In this document: positions 48,790-59,200 of the stretch, piece by piece | Layout of the letters: each line of letters begins with the position of its first letter | How positions within the stretch are numbered: the first letter of the stretch is position 1 | DNA from: an uncultured virus (IMG/VR IMGVR_UViG_3300038960_000189) | Taxonomy: Duplodnaviria > Heunggongvirae > Uroviricota > Caudoviricetes | Strand: one strand, 5' to 3' | IMG/VR virus record: IMGVR_UViG_3300038960_000189 | DNA length: 64,000 bases | Notes under the pieces: model-generated | Seen by the model: the letters and a program-made list of their open reading frames with translations, nothing else | The model's database searches: none | Told to the model about the DNA's origin: nothing | Program-made: the position numbers and the translations under genes

Positions 48790-50243
48790 AGGACTCCCAT
48801 TTGATTATATTGTTTATCTTTTACTTTATGTAATGTATATTTCGGACGTTTTTGCTTTGGATATTTAAACAAGAAATTTATCATATCACACATTTTGTCG
48901 CCCATCTGCTCGGATGTCAGTCCGTTATTTAAACAAAATTCACGTCCTTCTTGTCCGCATTTCTCTCTTTTTTCAACTGGTGTTATCCACCAGCCATACA
49001 TGGCTTCTGCTACATCTTCAAAACTACATCTATCATCAAATATGTATGGTGTTTGTGGAGAACCTTGTAGTGATCTGTTTGATGGAAATACTGGGATGGC
49101 CCAATTACCATGATTAAGTTTATATCTTCCTTTATGATTTGTCGGAAATTGAGTATCAAATTGAATCCATTTGTTATTTTCGTCTAAAAATCCACATTGA
49201 TCTTGTAATCCTCCTGTTACATTATTAATAATAGGAGTTCCTGTTAATAGTGATTCTGTACTACTAAGTCCCCATCCTTCATTAGAGGCAATATTAACAG
49301 TAACGTCTGCTATATTATACATTGCATTTAAATCTATTGCCGAAAGTTTTGTTTCTGAAAACAATATTTTACAATTTGGTGCAACTGTTTTTGCTATAGC
49401 TCTCAAATCAGTACCATTATTGTCAACTGCTTGCGTATGCATTAATAATGCTACTCGATCTTGTTGATCTTTTGGCAACATATCTCTAAAATGTTTAAAT
49501 GATAACACTACATCTCCAGGTTGTTTTCTTCGTATATTTCGATTGTTCCAAAATACAACGAAATCAACATCATTTTTAACTTTTATATCATTATGAAATT
49601 TTTGATACAATTCATCGGACTTTGACAATGTTTTGAATATATTATGATTTAATCCATGTGGAACAAAACCAGTAACTACTTCATCCCAATCTAATTCAGG
49701 AGCAACTGTGTTATCTTCGAGATCATAATCATAAACGCCAAAATCATTCTGTAACAATACTTCACGATGTATATTATCAGATTGTTTTGAAATGCCCATT
49801 ATTAAATCACAACTTCCATAAAATGGAGCATTCCACATTGGGTATGGTAGGTCATCCCATATAGAATAATAAATTAATGGAATATTGAATGTAGTTTTTA
49901 TTTCATGTTCTAGTTCATATAGCCAAGTCCAATACCTAGGATCGGTAAAATGAAAAATTGCGTCTGGCTTTTCTTGATTTAATGCTTGAAATAATATATT
50001 TCTGTTTCCATATCCAGAAATAGAAAATATACGTACATTTGCTTCTTCTACGCCAGACTCTTTTCTGACATCTGCAGAGACATCAAATAACTTTCCTTCA
50101 TCTGGATGTTTGACTGATCCACCTAATTGTATCCAATCAAAATACTTAGCAGTATTTATTACGATTTCTTTCGAAATTGTTCCAATACCAGATGGAAGTC
50201 TTAGATCATCTGATAATAGTAAAATTTTTTTTCTCTTACTCAT
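48786..50243 (-). CDS. GT-B (GT4-like) glycosyltransferase
   Basis: SGIG, VPHG, NRNIRRK, YNIADV...NEGWGLSSTESL..GTPII. Confidence 0.9.
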   Translation of the reverse strand: MSKRKKILLLSDDLRLPSGIGTISKEIVINTAKYFDWIQLGGSVKHPDEGKLFDVSADVRKESGVEEANVRIFSISGYGNRNILFQALNQEKPDAIFHFTDPRYWTWLYELEHEIKTTFNIPLIYYSIWDDLPYPMWNAPFYGSCDLIMGISKQSDNIHREVLLQNDFGVYDYDLEDNTVAPELDWDEVVTGFVPHGLNHNIFKTLSKSDELYQKFHNDIKVKNDVDFVVFWNNRNIRRKQPGDVVLSFKHFRDMLPKDQQDRVALLMHTQAVDNNGTDLRAIAKTVAPNCKILFSETKLSAIDLNAMYNIADVTVNIASNEGWGLSSTESLLTGTPIINNVTGGLQDQCGFLDENNKWIQFDTQFPTNHKGRYKLNHGNWAIPVFPSNRSLQGSPQTPYIFDDRCSFEDVAEAMYGWWITPVEKREKCGQEGREFCLNNGLTSEQMGDKMCDMINFLFKYPKQKRPKYTLHKVKDKQYNQMGVL

Positions 50244-50284
50244 TAAAACCTTTATTGTATATTATAACTTTATTATAAATATAG

Positions 50285-50689
50285 TTAACTTAAAACCACT
50301 ATTGGTTTATCTAATTTCTTAATTTTATTATATGCTGTTTTTAATTGCGGATTCATATCATGTTGATTGTTCAGCATAATCATATAATCACAATTTTCTG
50401 CTATCAATCTCATACGATGTAATAGTTGAGAAAAATGATATTTTTTTCCATAGTATGATTCTGGTAGTGCTGAATATAAGTTTCGTCCAGTATATGATGG
50501 ATTATACTCTTCATATGCCATACCAAATTCCAATGCAAATTTTCTAACAAAATAATTTGCTCCTTCACTTCCACCTGCACCTACTAAAACTATATCCTTT
50601 TTAAATCGTTGTTTAAGTTCAGTTAGTACTTGTTGTACTTTTCTTCGATTTTGCCATTCTTTATTACCAATAACAGCAACTTTAATCAT
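50285..50689 (-). CDS. SLOG superfamily (DUF2493/YspA-like) protein
   Basis: KVAVIG..., LVGAGGSEGA..VRKFA, R...IAENCD. Confidence 0.65.
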   Translation of the reverse strand: MIKVAVIGNKEWQNRRKVQQVLTELKQRFKKDIVLVGAGGSEGANYFVRKFALEFGMAYEEYNPSYTGRNLYSALPESYYGKKYHFSQLLHRMRLIAENCDYMIMLNNQHDMNPQLKTAYNKIKKLDKPIVVLS

Positions 50690-50942
50690 TTAATAGTTCT
50701 TTATCATTTGAGTTAGGCTTTTTAGACTCTACTCGAGCAATATGGGAAACCATCATTTTTAATGCTTCTAACTTATCTTGTGCCGTTGCAAATTGATCTA
50801 CTATTTGATCCATTTCTTCTGTATGTTGAGGATGCTCACCAATTCCAACTGAGTTTGTTAAATAAACATTTAATCTTGCTAATGCATCTGATTTATCTGC
50901 ATGATATTTTGCATATAATGCGTCTAATAATAATCCATCCAT
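50682..50942 (-). CDS. conserved myovirus hypothetical protein
   Basis: VYLTNSVGIGEHP motif. Confidence 0.7.
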   Translation of the reverse strand: MDGLLLDALYAKYHADKSDALARLNVYLTNSVGIGEHPQHTEEMDQIVDQFATAQDKLEALKMMVSHIARVESKKPNSNDKELLND

Positions 50943-50971
50943 AATTTCCTTTTTATTTATTATATTAAAAT

Positions 50972-51925
50972 TTATTCACGAATCCTATTTTCTTTAGGAC
51001 AATTTTCATAATCCATTTTAAATGGACACCATTTACAGTTTTTAGATCCTCTTCCTGCTAGAGCTAGATATTTTTGATCTTTCCTTTTGTTTCCTGTTTC
51101 ATCAAAGCAATGTTCTATAAATGAGTCTATACTTCGTTGTACTTTTTTTCTTGTAACTGATCCAGATGCTGGATTTAGTAATTGTATCCTTTTTTGTGGA
51201 AACATTGATTCTTCTAATAGCTTTCTTTTTACTATGAAAAATTCAATATCAATATTATCTATAGGCGTTCCAAATTGATCTGAAAAATATTTTTTATATG
51301 CAACTAATTGAGCTGCTTTTAGTTTGTCTGATTTTTGATATTTATTCCATCCCCTTGTTGAGGTTTTTATGTCTATAACTTTAATTTTGTTTAGTACAGT
51401 ATCTCTAACTACAACATCAATAAATCCATACCAAAATACGTTTTTATTCTTATCTGATGCAGGTACTCCTAGTTCAATTTCAATTCCAACAAGCTCTTGA
51501 TTTTTTGTTGAAAAATATTGAGCTCTACGCTTTTTAAACCATTCTAGAATAGCCATTCCATCTTCTAAATGTTCTGCTAATTCAGTTGGAGTAGAAAAAT
51601 GAACGCCATTACTAGCCTTCACTCCTTTTGCATATTCCATTTTCATACAGGTTAGCAACATATCTCGAAGATCTAAATTATCTGCTGCTTTTATAGATTC
51701 GGTATACATTACCGTTAAATATTCTTGTAACGTTTCGTGAAATGCTGTCCCGAAACAAGTTGCTATGCTATAAGTAAATGGTGCTAATTTATCTATATAG
51801 GAAAGTTTCCATTGATGTGGACATTTTTCAAACATCGACCATTGTGAATAAGATATCTTAGCAGGAGCTTTTGATACATCATTTAATGATAATTTATATA
51901 TAGGATTTATGTATCCGGATTTCAT
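50972..51925 (-). CDS. PD-(D/E)xK (RecB/Cas4-like) exonuclease
   Basis: ISYS...CP, FGTAFH, GFIDVV, IDIKT, QL..Y, C-terminal CKWCPF...C. Confidence 0.85.
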   Translation of the reverse strand: MKSGYINPIYKLSLNDVSKAPAKISYSQWSMFEKCPHQWKLSYIDKLAPFTYSIATCFGTAFHETLQEYLTVMYTESIKAADNLDLRDMLLTCMKMEYAKGVKASNGVHFSTPTELAEHLEDGMAILEWFKKRRAQYFSTKNQELVGIEIELGVPASDKNKNVFWYGFIDVVVRDTVLNKIKVIDIKTSTRGWNKYQKSDKLKAAQLVAYKKYFSDQFGTPIDNIDIEFFIVKRKLLEESMFPQKRIQLLNPASGSVTRKKVQRSIDSFIEHCFDETGNKRKDQKYLALAGRGSKNCKWCPFKMDYENCPKENRIRE

Positions 51926-52497
51926 GGATATATCATAAGTTCTTGTTTACACTCCAATACAAGATCATCTTTTCGTTCTGCAATGATGTCATAAAACTTA
52001 TCAACTGCTTCATCATAATCATATTGATCTTTGTAATCTTCATCATTTGGATATTCTGGAAGGTTCTCATCATCGCAAATGAAATCAGATCCATTTTGAT
52101 TTGCATAACCTCCTGATACATGTATGTATGCTTCATCTTCACTTCTAGCTTCCATTTCAAACTCTCCTCGCTTTGTAAACCAATCTGCTATCTCATGAAA
52201 TAATTCTTCTGGTGGATACCAAGCTGAATCAAATGTTAAATCTATAGTATCATCACCTAAAAACCAATCATGTACAAAACACCATTTAGCTCCTACATTT
52301 TCAGTCATCCAATCTCTTGTTAAGTTGTCTTTAGGATAATCTTTATATAATAATCCATATAAATTGTCAGCTAACAGATCACTTTTTTTCTTCCAATCTG
52401 CTTCTTCTACTTCTGGAGTAAATAATTTATCTGCAAAATTTTTTATAAGTTCTTTTGAAGCTTCTATACTCACAACTGTATATACGTTATTTGCCAT
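51922..52497 (-). CDS. hypothetical acidic protein (DUF1281/YubB-like)
   Basis: MAN..., W...N.G.KW, FDSAWYPP. Confidence 0.55.
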   Translation of the reverse strand: MANNVYTVVSIEASKELIKNFADKLFTPEVEEADWKKKSDLLADNLYGLLYKDYPKDNLTRDWMTENVGAKWCFVHDWFLGDDTIDLTFDSAWYPPEELFHEIADWFTKRGEFEMEARSEDEAYIHVSGGYANQNGSDFICDDENLPEYPNDEDYKDQYDYDEAVDKFYDIIAERKDDLVLECKQELMIYP

Positions 52498-52523
52498 AGT
52501 ATTTTTATTTATATTATAAGAAA

Positions 52524-52751
52524 TTATTCGGATTGATCCAAATATTCAGTAAGATAAATGTCTATTAGATCTTTAGTCTTTGTTAGATCTTCTTCAAATT
52601 GTCCTTTTTTTCTACATCTAACAATTCTTTTGATAATATCAAATTCATATGAATTTAAGTCCCATTCTTCTGAAAATTTGTATAAACTTGATTTACCTAC
52701 ATAATGATATTGGGTATTTACTGATTCTGTATTGTCTGATTCAAATTTCAT
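52524..52751 (-). CDS. DUF3310-like protein
   Basis: HY...IIKRIVRCRKKG...EDLTK. Confidence 0.65.
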   Translation of the reverse strand: MKFESDNTESVNTQYHYVGKSSLYKFSEEWDLNSYEFDIIKRIVRCRKKGQFEEDLTKTKDLIDIYLTEYLDQSE

Positions 52752-53191
52752 TTTTTACCTTTTAACATTTTTTTAATTTCTTTTTCTGTATATCCATACA
52801 TAGATAACAAAGAGCTGCAACTATCTTTAGGCATTAGATCAATATAATCAATAGCTTCTGATTGACTTACTAGGTAGTGATCTGCAATTTGTGAAATCAA
52901 TTGTTTGTCGTACTTATCTTCCTTTTTTCCTTTTATGTACTTAGCAAAGGTTCTCTGGGTAGGTAGAATACCGTGATAGAGACGATAAGTATCGCGTGGT
53001 GATAGTAACCCAATTGTATATTTTTGTAACTGATTGATTATTTCAATTAATTCCATCCTCATTGACAACCATCTGTTAACAATAAATGAAGAAAACTTTT
53101 TTTGATCTGTATCTGTGTATTCAGACCATTTTTTCTTCTTATGTGTCATACCAGTTATAAAGTCAAAAATAGTTGCAGGTTTCTTTGTCAT
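52748..53191 (-). CDS. clamp loader small subunit (T4 gp62-like)
   Basis: FSSFIVNRWLSM...FAKYIK; close to the clamp loader large subunit. Confidence 0.7.
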   Translation of the reverse strand: MTKKPATIFDFITGMTHKKKKWSEYTDTDQKKFSSFIVNRWLSMRMELIEIINQLQKYTIGLLSPRDTYRLYHGILPTQRTFAKYIKGKKEDKYDKQLISQIADHYLVSQSEAIDYIDLMPKDSCSSLLSMYGYTEKEIKKMLKGKK

Positions 53192-53399
53192 ATTTTGTAT
53201 TTATGTTTGTACTTTTCTATAAAATGTTCGCCAATAGCTAGTTCTAAAAAAATAGAATTTTCTGGAACTCCTGGCAATCTTTTTTCGTTTACATGATCTA
53301 TATTCTTATTCTTATAAACTTTCATTTTAGTTCTTGCATTGGATCTATTAGAAGTTTTAAATACCAGAACTACTGGTGCTTTTATGTATGGTGCTCCCA

Positions 53400-53612
53400 T
53401 TATTTTGTCTCCGGTTGAAATTCTTCTGGTACATGACCGCAATCATCACATCTAAACACAGGGACAGGAACAACAGTATCTTTATCTTGTCCTGTTAAAA
53501 ATCTTGATACTTTATTGATTGCAAGAACTTGCCGAAAATACATTCCGCCACATTCACTACATATCATTGGTTTTAAGTCTTCTGATTTAATATTTAAGTT
53601 AGGATTATTCAT
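53400..53612 (-). CDS. zinc-ribbon protein
   Basis: CSECG...CDDCG. Confidence 0.65.
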   Translation of the reverse strand: MNNPNLNIKSEDLKPMICSECGGMYFRQVLAINKVSRFLTGQDKDTVVPVPVFRCDDCGHVPEEFQPETK

Positions 53613-54538
53613 TATAATTCATTCATTAGTTTTACAAACATTGCCATAATATTGATTTCTTTATCAACAACATGAGAATCAGTATATTGCGATTCAGCTA
53701 TAATTAGTATACAAGAAGCTATAGTTCCAGTAGCAAACTCATCTAAATTATCATATAAAAATGTATATAAAGGTGTAAAATCTTTAACTTTTGAATCTGC
53801 AATAATTTGTCTTATTTGTTTAAAAGATTCTTTTTTATTTTTTATATTTTTTAAAATATTTAATAATTCAGTCATATAGTTAGCTTGAACTACACTATTC
53901 TTATCTAATATTAATTTTCCATTTACTACATGACTTTGTGCACTATTAATAGCACGTCGTATATCTGGATATGAAGAATTGATAATAGCTGCAACATCTT
54001 TTATATCATAGGTAATATTTTTATTATCTAATACATTAACTAATCTAGAAGCTACATCTGATTTACTAGGTGGAGCTATACCAAATGTTTGACATCTAGA
54101 TTGTATTGGATCAATGATTTTTTCTACATAATTACATGTTAATATAAATCTTGTAGTTTTACTGTATGTTTCCATTAAGTTTCTTAACGCTGCTTGTGCA
54201 TTCGGCGTTAAATAATCAGCTTCATCTAATATAACAATCTTCCAACGTTTAAATCCTACTGTAGATGCATATCTTTTTATTTTATCTCTTACAGCGTCTA
54301 CAGAGTTTTCGTCAGATGCATTAATATACATTAAATCAGCATCTACATTGTTTGCAATAATCTTTGCTAATGTTGTTTTGCCTGTTCCTGCTCCTCCATA
54401 AAATAATAAATGCGGAACATCTCCGTTTTCAATGAATATTTTGACTTTATCAACAATATGTTCATTGCCAATATATCCATCTAATGTATTTGGTCGAAAT
54501 GCTTCAACCCAAAGTGTGTTTTCTACTACTCCAAACAT
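53612..54538 (-). CDS. clamp loader ATPase subunit (RFC-small/T4 gp44-like)
   Basis: LWVEAFRP, GGAGTGKTT, INASDE, ILDEAD, SRC motif. Confidence 0.95.
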   Translation of the reverse strand: MFGVVENTLWVEAFRPNTLDGYIGNEHIVDKVKIFIENGDVPHLLFYGGAGTGKTTLAKIIANNVDADLMYINASDENSVDAVRDKIKRYASTVGFKRWKIVILDEADYLTPNAQAALRNLMETYSKTTRFILTCNYVEKIIDPIQSRCQTFGIAPPSKSDVASRLVNVLDNKNITYDIKDVAAIINSSYPDIRRAINSAQSHVVNGKLILDKNSVVQANYMTELLNILKNIKNKKESFKQIRQIIADSKVKDFTPLYTFLYDNLDEFATGTIASCILIIAESQYTDSHVVDKEINIMAMFVKLMNEL

Positions 54539-54542
54539 GATA

Positions 54543-55250
54543 TTAATTTTGTAATTGTACTAACCAATATGTTGAATCAAAATCAGAACCAGTAAAGTCT
54601 ATATTTGCTAATCCGTCTGCTGATACACTCATTACTCCTTTATCTCCCTTATTTGCTGTCAAAATTTCTTTTAATTTATCAGCTGAAAAGCATATAGGAT
54701 CCATTTCTTCACTACCTCCATCTATTTCAAATGTAACATTATCTGAATTTATAGTAGTATAATTAATAATAAACTTGATTTTATTATTTTTAACTTGTAC
54801 TGCAAAGTTTTTTGCGTCTGGTAGAGCATTTTTTGCTTTGATAAACTTATTAATAAATTCTTCATTAATATCAATTACTACATTATAATTTGGCTCTGAA
54901 TTTATAGAAGGAACTGCAGGAATAACAGATGTATCTGCTAACATAAACGTCATTGTTGTACTTCCTTCTTTAATTTTCATAGCATAGTTTTTACCTTGTG
55001 CTTCTTGAACATTAATATTAATTTTCTCACCAACTGCTGATAACATTTTTGTTAATGCTCCTGTGTGATTTATTCCTAATTCTCCTGACATAAATGGATC
55101 TGTTTTCCATTTAACTTTGCCTACTACGGTTTGATCTGTATCTATTAATTCACAATTAACAGATTCTCCATTTGATTTAACAGTTACAGCTTCACAGTTT
55201 CCTGCTAAGTAGTATCTATTAATAAATGATTGTAATTTACTTTTTTCCAT
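54543..55250 (-). CDS. sliding clamp (gp45/PCNA-like)
   Basis: 235 aa, two-domain alpha/beta pattern, directly upstream of the clamp loader. Confidence 0.7.
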   Translation of the reverse strand: MEKSKLQSFINRYYLAGNCEAVTVKSNGESVNCELIDTDQTVVGKVKWKTDPFMSGELGINHTGALTKMLSAVGEKININVQEAQGKNYAMKIKEGSTTMTFMLADTSVIPAVPSINSEPNYNVVIDINEEFINKFIKAKNALPDAKNFAVQVKNNKIKFIINYTTINSDNVTFEIDGGSEEMDPICFSADKLKEILTANKGDKGVMSVSADGLANIDFTGSDFDSTYWLVQLQN

Positions 55251-55261
55251 TATTCTACCTT

Positions 55262-56527
55262 TTAAAATTTAAAAAATTTACTAAATTGATTTGCATCAGT
55301 AGTTGATATACTATCACCACCAAATTTCTTATATGTCTTTTTATATGTTGCATATACATTCATTGCATTATCTGGATCATCAAACATATCATGTAATGAT
55401 AAGATAACGTTATATAAATCTTTTGGAATTGCCGTCTCTAACAACTCAACATGATTATTTACTAGTTTACTAACATCCTTTGCAATGTTTACATATAAAT
55501 GAGTATTATGTATAACCATTCTTGGCATACCTTCTTGACTGTATCTATCTAAGCCTTTGTCTGTTTGTCCGCCTAAATAATCATACGTAAAGTCTCTACA
55601 AGCTGGACAATCTATACTACACGGAACATGTTTCGATGTATCGATGTCTACTGTTTTATTAACTCTATTTGCATGCGACTTTCTTCTATATTCATTATTC
55701 TTAGGAAAATATAATTCAGTGAATGTTTGAGTTTTATAATTTCCTGAATGTAAATATGTTCCAAATACAGGATATTGTCCTGGGGAACTAGAATCTGTTG
55801 AAAATAATACTCTATTATCAGTTAATTTGTTAATTAACTTTTGTAATGTTGCTAATATGAAAAAATCAGATATTTTTGATATTCCTAATAAGTGTATGTA
55901 TTTAACATGTTCTTTTTCGAATTCTCGATTCTTTAACATTAAAGCTATAACATACATGAAGTCTACTAATTTTTTAGGACCTCCAATACACCAGCCATTA
56001 AATGCAAAGTCTTTGAATTTATGATACCATTGTTCATATTCTTCATGATAGGTACCTTGAATAACATTTAAGAAATCTGTTTTACCTGTTTGCTTAGATT
56101 CAAAATATTTGAAGTTATCAAAACTGATATCCATAGATTCAGCAAATCTGTTTTCATATTTAGCTCTAGGAGGAATATCTAAATTTGCAGCTACATCTGA
56201 ATTATGTTCTAACCATTCAAATATACGCTCACGAATAGTTCCGTCCCATTTGAGTGCACCAGTTGCTATTTGAAATCCACCAGAATCGCCGAATACTAAT
56301 ACACCATCGTCTAATCCTAACTGGTCACGAAAATCCATTTTTTTAAAATGATGCCCTGCAGTAATTAAAAAATATGGATGTCTCCATTCTTCTGGATACT
56401 CTTTAGAAAAGAATCTGCATGTAGTTCCATCAGAGAACTTCATATTCTTTTTAAAAGCAGATACCATACTGCCGGCAGAAAGTGATGGATAATATATAAA
56501 ATTTTTATCCATCATAGAACATTCCAC
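55262..56527 (-). CDS. TGT-family guanine transglycosylase (DpdA-like)
   Basis: DSGGFQ, LDIPP, VIQG, IHLLG, DSSS, zinc site CSIDCPAC...HN; embedded in the replication cluster. Confidence 0.8.
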   Translation of the reverse strand: MECSMMDKNFIYYPSLSAGSMVSAFKKNMKFSDGTTCRFFSKEYPEEWRHPYFLITAGHHFKKMDFRDQLGLDDGVLVFGDSGGFQIATGALKWDGTIRERIFEWLEHNSDVAANLDIPPRAKYENRFAESMDISFDNFKYFESKQTGKTDFLNVIQGTYHEEYEQWYHKFKDFAFNGWCIGGPKKLVDFMYVIALMLKNREFEKEHVKYIHLLGISKISDFFILATLQKLINKLTDNRVLFSTDSSSPGQYPVFGTYLHSGNYKTQTFTELYFPKNNEYRRKSHANRVNKTVDIDTSKHVPCSIDCPACRDFTYDYLGGQTDKGLDRYSQEGMPRMVIHNTHLYVNIAKDVSKLVNNHVELLETAIPKDLYNVILSLHDMFDDPDNAMNVYATYKKTYKKFGGDSISTTDANQFSKFFKF

Positions 56528-56690
56528 ATATCTTCGCCAATCTTATTTATATTTTTCAATATAAAATTTACAATTTCTGCACTCTTTTTATCTAATTTGT
56601 TTTTAGACTCTAATCTTTCTGCTAGTGCACGTACAGGAGTTTCTATAGTACTTTTAATCTCCTCTATACCTTGTCTATCGATTTTCATAA

Positions 56691-57857
56691 TTATTCCTTG
56701 TTTTTATTTAATAAATGTTTACAATATTCAGCTTCATGCCAAATATTAATTTCTTGATCTATCCCATTTGCTACAATATAGCCTTCCATTTGTCTTCCTA
56801 AATCAGCTAAGTACGCTATATTGTAATTAGGTTGATGCTGTCTCATAACTTCATGTAATCTAATTACAGCAGAACTAACATTAAATGGTGTATATAATCT
56901 AGTACTGGGGATAAATTCTGGAAACGATCTAAAATTTGGAAATACCATATCGCAACCAAATGCTGTTGATTCTAATACAGTCCATGATACATAGTCTTGT
57001 AATGATGAATTAAATTGTATTTTTGCTTCAGCTAATTCTTTATAATATTCTTGTTTAGTTAAATTCTTTAATAATTTAAAATTAGGCAATTCATCTGCTA
57101 ATTTATATAAAGCTTCTATTACGCCAGGCAACATTGATTTAAATTCTTTACCAGATGTAGTTACATGCCATTCTGCTGCAGGAAAATCATTTAAATATTT
57201 TTTAGCAACTTCCATCATAAAAAATGGATTCTTTTCTTTGTCTAATCTACTTGAATATACAACAATAGGTTTCTTTTGAGCAGTTGGGTCATAATCAGGA
57301 TATTTTGCCAATGTCATTTCTAAATGTAATGGTAAAGATACAACATGTATTGGAGCTTCAAATCCTGCTTGACGTAATTGTTCTCTATGAATAGTAGATC
57401 CTACAAAAATACCGGTCATTCTTTTGTCTAAGCCTAATTCAAAACCTCGCATCCAATTTCTCATTGAATATGTAAAATCATACTCATCTACACTTTGTGC
57501 ATGAAGCATTGCGTATATATCTACTTTTATTCCATATAAATCTAATGCATATAATATTGATTCAATGCCCGGATGCCAATAGTCTTGTAAAAATATTACG
57601 TCACCATTTCTAACTTTGTCATTATTCAACATATCAAGAAAATTGCTACATTGACTCATAGCAAATTTTCCTCTACCTACTGCATCTAACACTGCGCCTA
57701 CTTTTATTTGTTGATCAGGATCAAACTCTCCTTCAACATCAATAAACTCAACTTTATCAGAATATGGCTCAAATGTTGCTGGCATCCATTCTTTAGATAA
57801 CTGATATGTATATCTAGCCTTTAAAGGCTCTAGTCCAAAATAAAATACTTTTTTCAT
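56691..57857 (-). CDS. GT-B glycosyltransferase, possibly DNA-modifying
   Basis: SSRLDKEKNP, QDYVSWTVLES.AFGC, SFPE; next to the DpdA-like gene. Confidence 0.75.
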   Translation of the reverse strand: MKKVFYFGLEPLKARYTYQLSKEWMPATFEPYSDKVEFIDVEGEFDPDQQIKVGAVLDAVGRGKFAMSQCSNFLDMLNNDKVRNGDVIFLQDYWHPGIESILYALDLYGIKVDIYAMLHAQSVDEYDFTYSMRNWMRGFELGLDKRMTGIFVGSTIHREQLRQAGFEAPIHVVSLPLHLEMTLAKYPDYDPTAQKKPIVVYSSRLDKEKNPFFMMEVAKKYLNDFPAAEWHVTTSGKEFKSMLPGVIEALYKLADELPNFKLLKNLTKQEYYKELAEAKIQFNSSLQDYVSWTVLESTAFGCDMVFPNFRSFPEFIPSTRLYTPFNVSSAVIRLHEVMRQHQPNYNIAYLADLGRQMEGYIVANGIDQEINIWHEAEYCKHLLNKNKE

Positions 57858-58201
57858 CTTTCTATTATTGCTCCATTTTCCCAATCTTCCCAAACCTCTA
57901 CTTTATATAAATTTTCATTTGCAGAATGATTTAATATCCATTCCGCTATGTCCTCACAACTCATTCTACCAAATTCTAATATACTACCACCGTAGGTGAC
58001 TCTTAATTGTTTTTTTAGTTTTCTTTGCATTAGAATAAATTCTTCATCTCTGTCTGTATGACTTACTTTTGCATAACAGCGAAAACCAAACATATGTCTG
58101 TGCCTATCAGATAAAAATCCTACTTCTGGAAAAACTTCTTTAGCTTCTGGCCAACAATGAAATCCTTCCATACTAAATGATACCACTACTGAATATTTCA
58201 T
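57854..58201 (-). CDS. QueD/PTPS-like T-fold protein
   Basis: EGFH...HRH His cluster, SCEDIAE, VEVWED..NGA. Confidence 0.55.
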   Translation of the reverse strand: MKYSVVVSFSMEGFHCWPEAKEVFPEVGFLSDRHRHMFGFRCYAKVSHTDRDEEFILMQRKLKKQLRVTYGGSILEFGRMSCEDIAEWILNHSANENLYKVEVWEDWENGAIIER

Positions 58202-58716
58202 ATTGTTTCTTTTTTAACTTGTAAATATTTTAAATAACGTTTATTCATATTGTCATAATACTTTGTTTTTAATAAATTTTTATGTGCTTTGCTTAATACA
58301 CTACTTTTAGCAATATTAATCAAAAAATATGGAGCATGGCTCCTTGCATTAAATCCATTTATATCAAGTTTGTCATTTGGATTAAAGCATATACATTTTA
58401 AATGCTTATACCCACTAGTTTTCAATGTTTTATTAATAAAATCTTGATATCCAGCTGTATCTTTTTGTTGTAAATCTAAATCAGAAACTTGTACAAATAA
58501 TGCACTATCATATTCAGAAGCTTCTAATTTTTCAACCATTTCTATTAATGTATTTTCGCTAGGATCAAATTTATCAATCATTAATTTATTACTATCTAAT
58601 TCTGCTCCTACAAATGGGCAGACTGGCATATTTCCATATTCTTCTCTAGGCGTTCTTAATAATTTAATATAATCCAATACACGTGCTTTAAAGTTTGTAT
58701 ATGGACATTTGCTCAT
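58198..58716 (-). CDS. hypothetical protein (DUF1415-like CPF motif)
   Basis: PVCPF...FNP...APY. Confidence 0.5.
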   Translation of the reverse strand: MSKCPYTNFKARVLDYIKLLRTPREEYGNMPVCPFVGAELDSNKLMIDKFDPSENTLIEMVEKLEASEYDSALFVQVSDLDLQQKDTAGYQDFINKTLKTSGYKHLKCICFNPNDKLDINGFNARSHAPYFLINIAKSSVLSKAHKNLLKTKYYDNMNKRYLKYLQVKKETI

Positions 58717-59168
58717 TATACTTCTTCATCAAATTTATAGTTATCCGGACTTATCTCCATCATATTGCATTTGGTTACTTGATGAACTCTATACCACCCA
58801 GCATCAATTGATAACGTATCTGTAGCTTTTAACATTTCTAAATATGGGTCTGATATCCTATATATAATATGACATCTATTAAATAGATCTGGCTTTATAG
58901 TATCTACAGTCTCGTTACTAGCTTCTATAGTAACAACACTATTACATTCATCTAAGATCCATCTTAATGTTTCTAAGTATTTATCGTCCTTCATGGACTT
59001 TTTCATATATTCAATTGTAAAATAATAATGAGGATACTCATTAAGATTTTTAACTTCCAAACCATAAGTACTTCTCATATTATGATTTAAATCTCTTACG
59101 AAAAAGGTCATTATATCTGAATAGCGACCCTCAACTTCTCTACCTTTCCATTGATGCTTACCGTACAT
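58716..59168 (-). CDS. hypothetical protein, first gene of the DNA-modification operon
   Basis: Behind class II promoter 59180-59208. Confidence 0.65.
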   Translation of the reverse strand: MYGKHQWKGREVEGRYSDIMTFFVRDLNHNMRSTYGLEVKNLNEYPHYYFTIEYMKKSMKDDKYLETLRWILDECNSVVTIEASNETVDTIKPDLFNRCHIIYRISDPYLEMLKATDTLSIDAGWYRVHQVTKCNMMEISPDNYKFDEEV

Positions 59169-59200
59169 ATTTTTTATTTATTATAATTAATTTTATTGAA

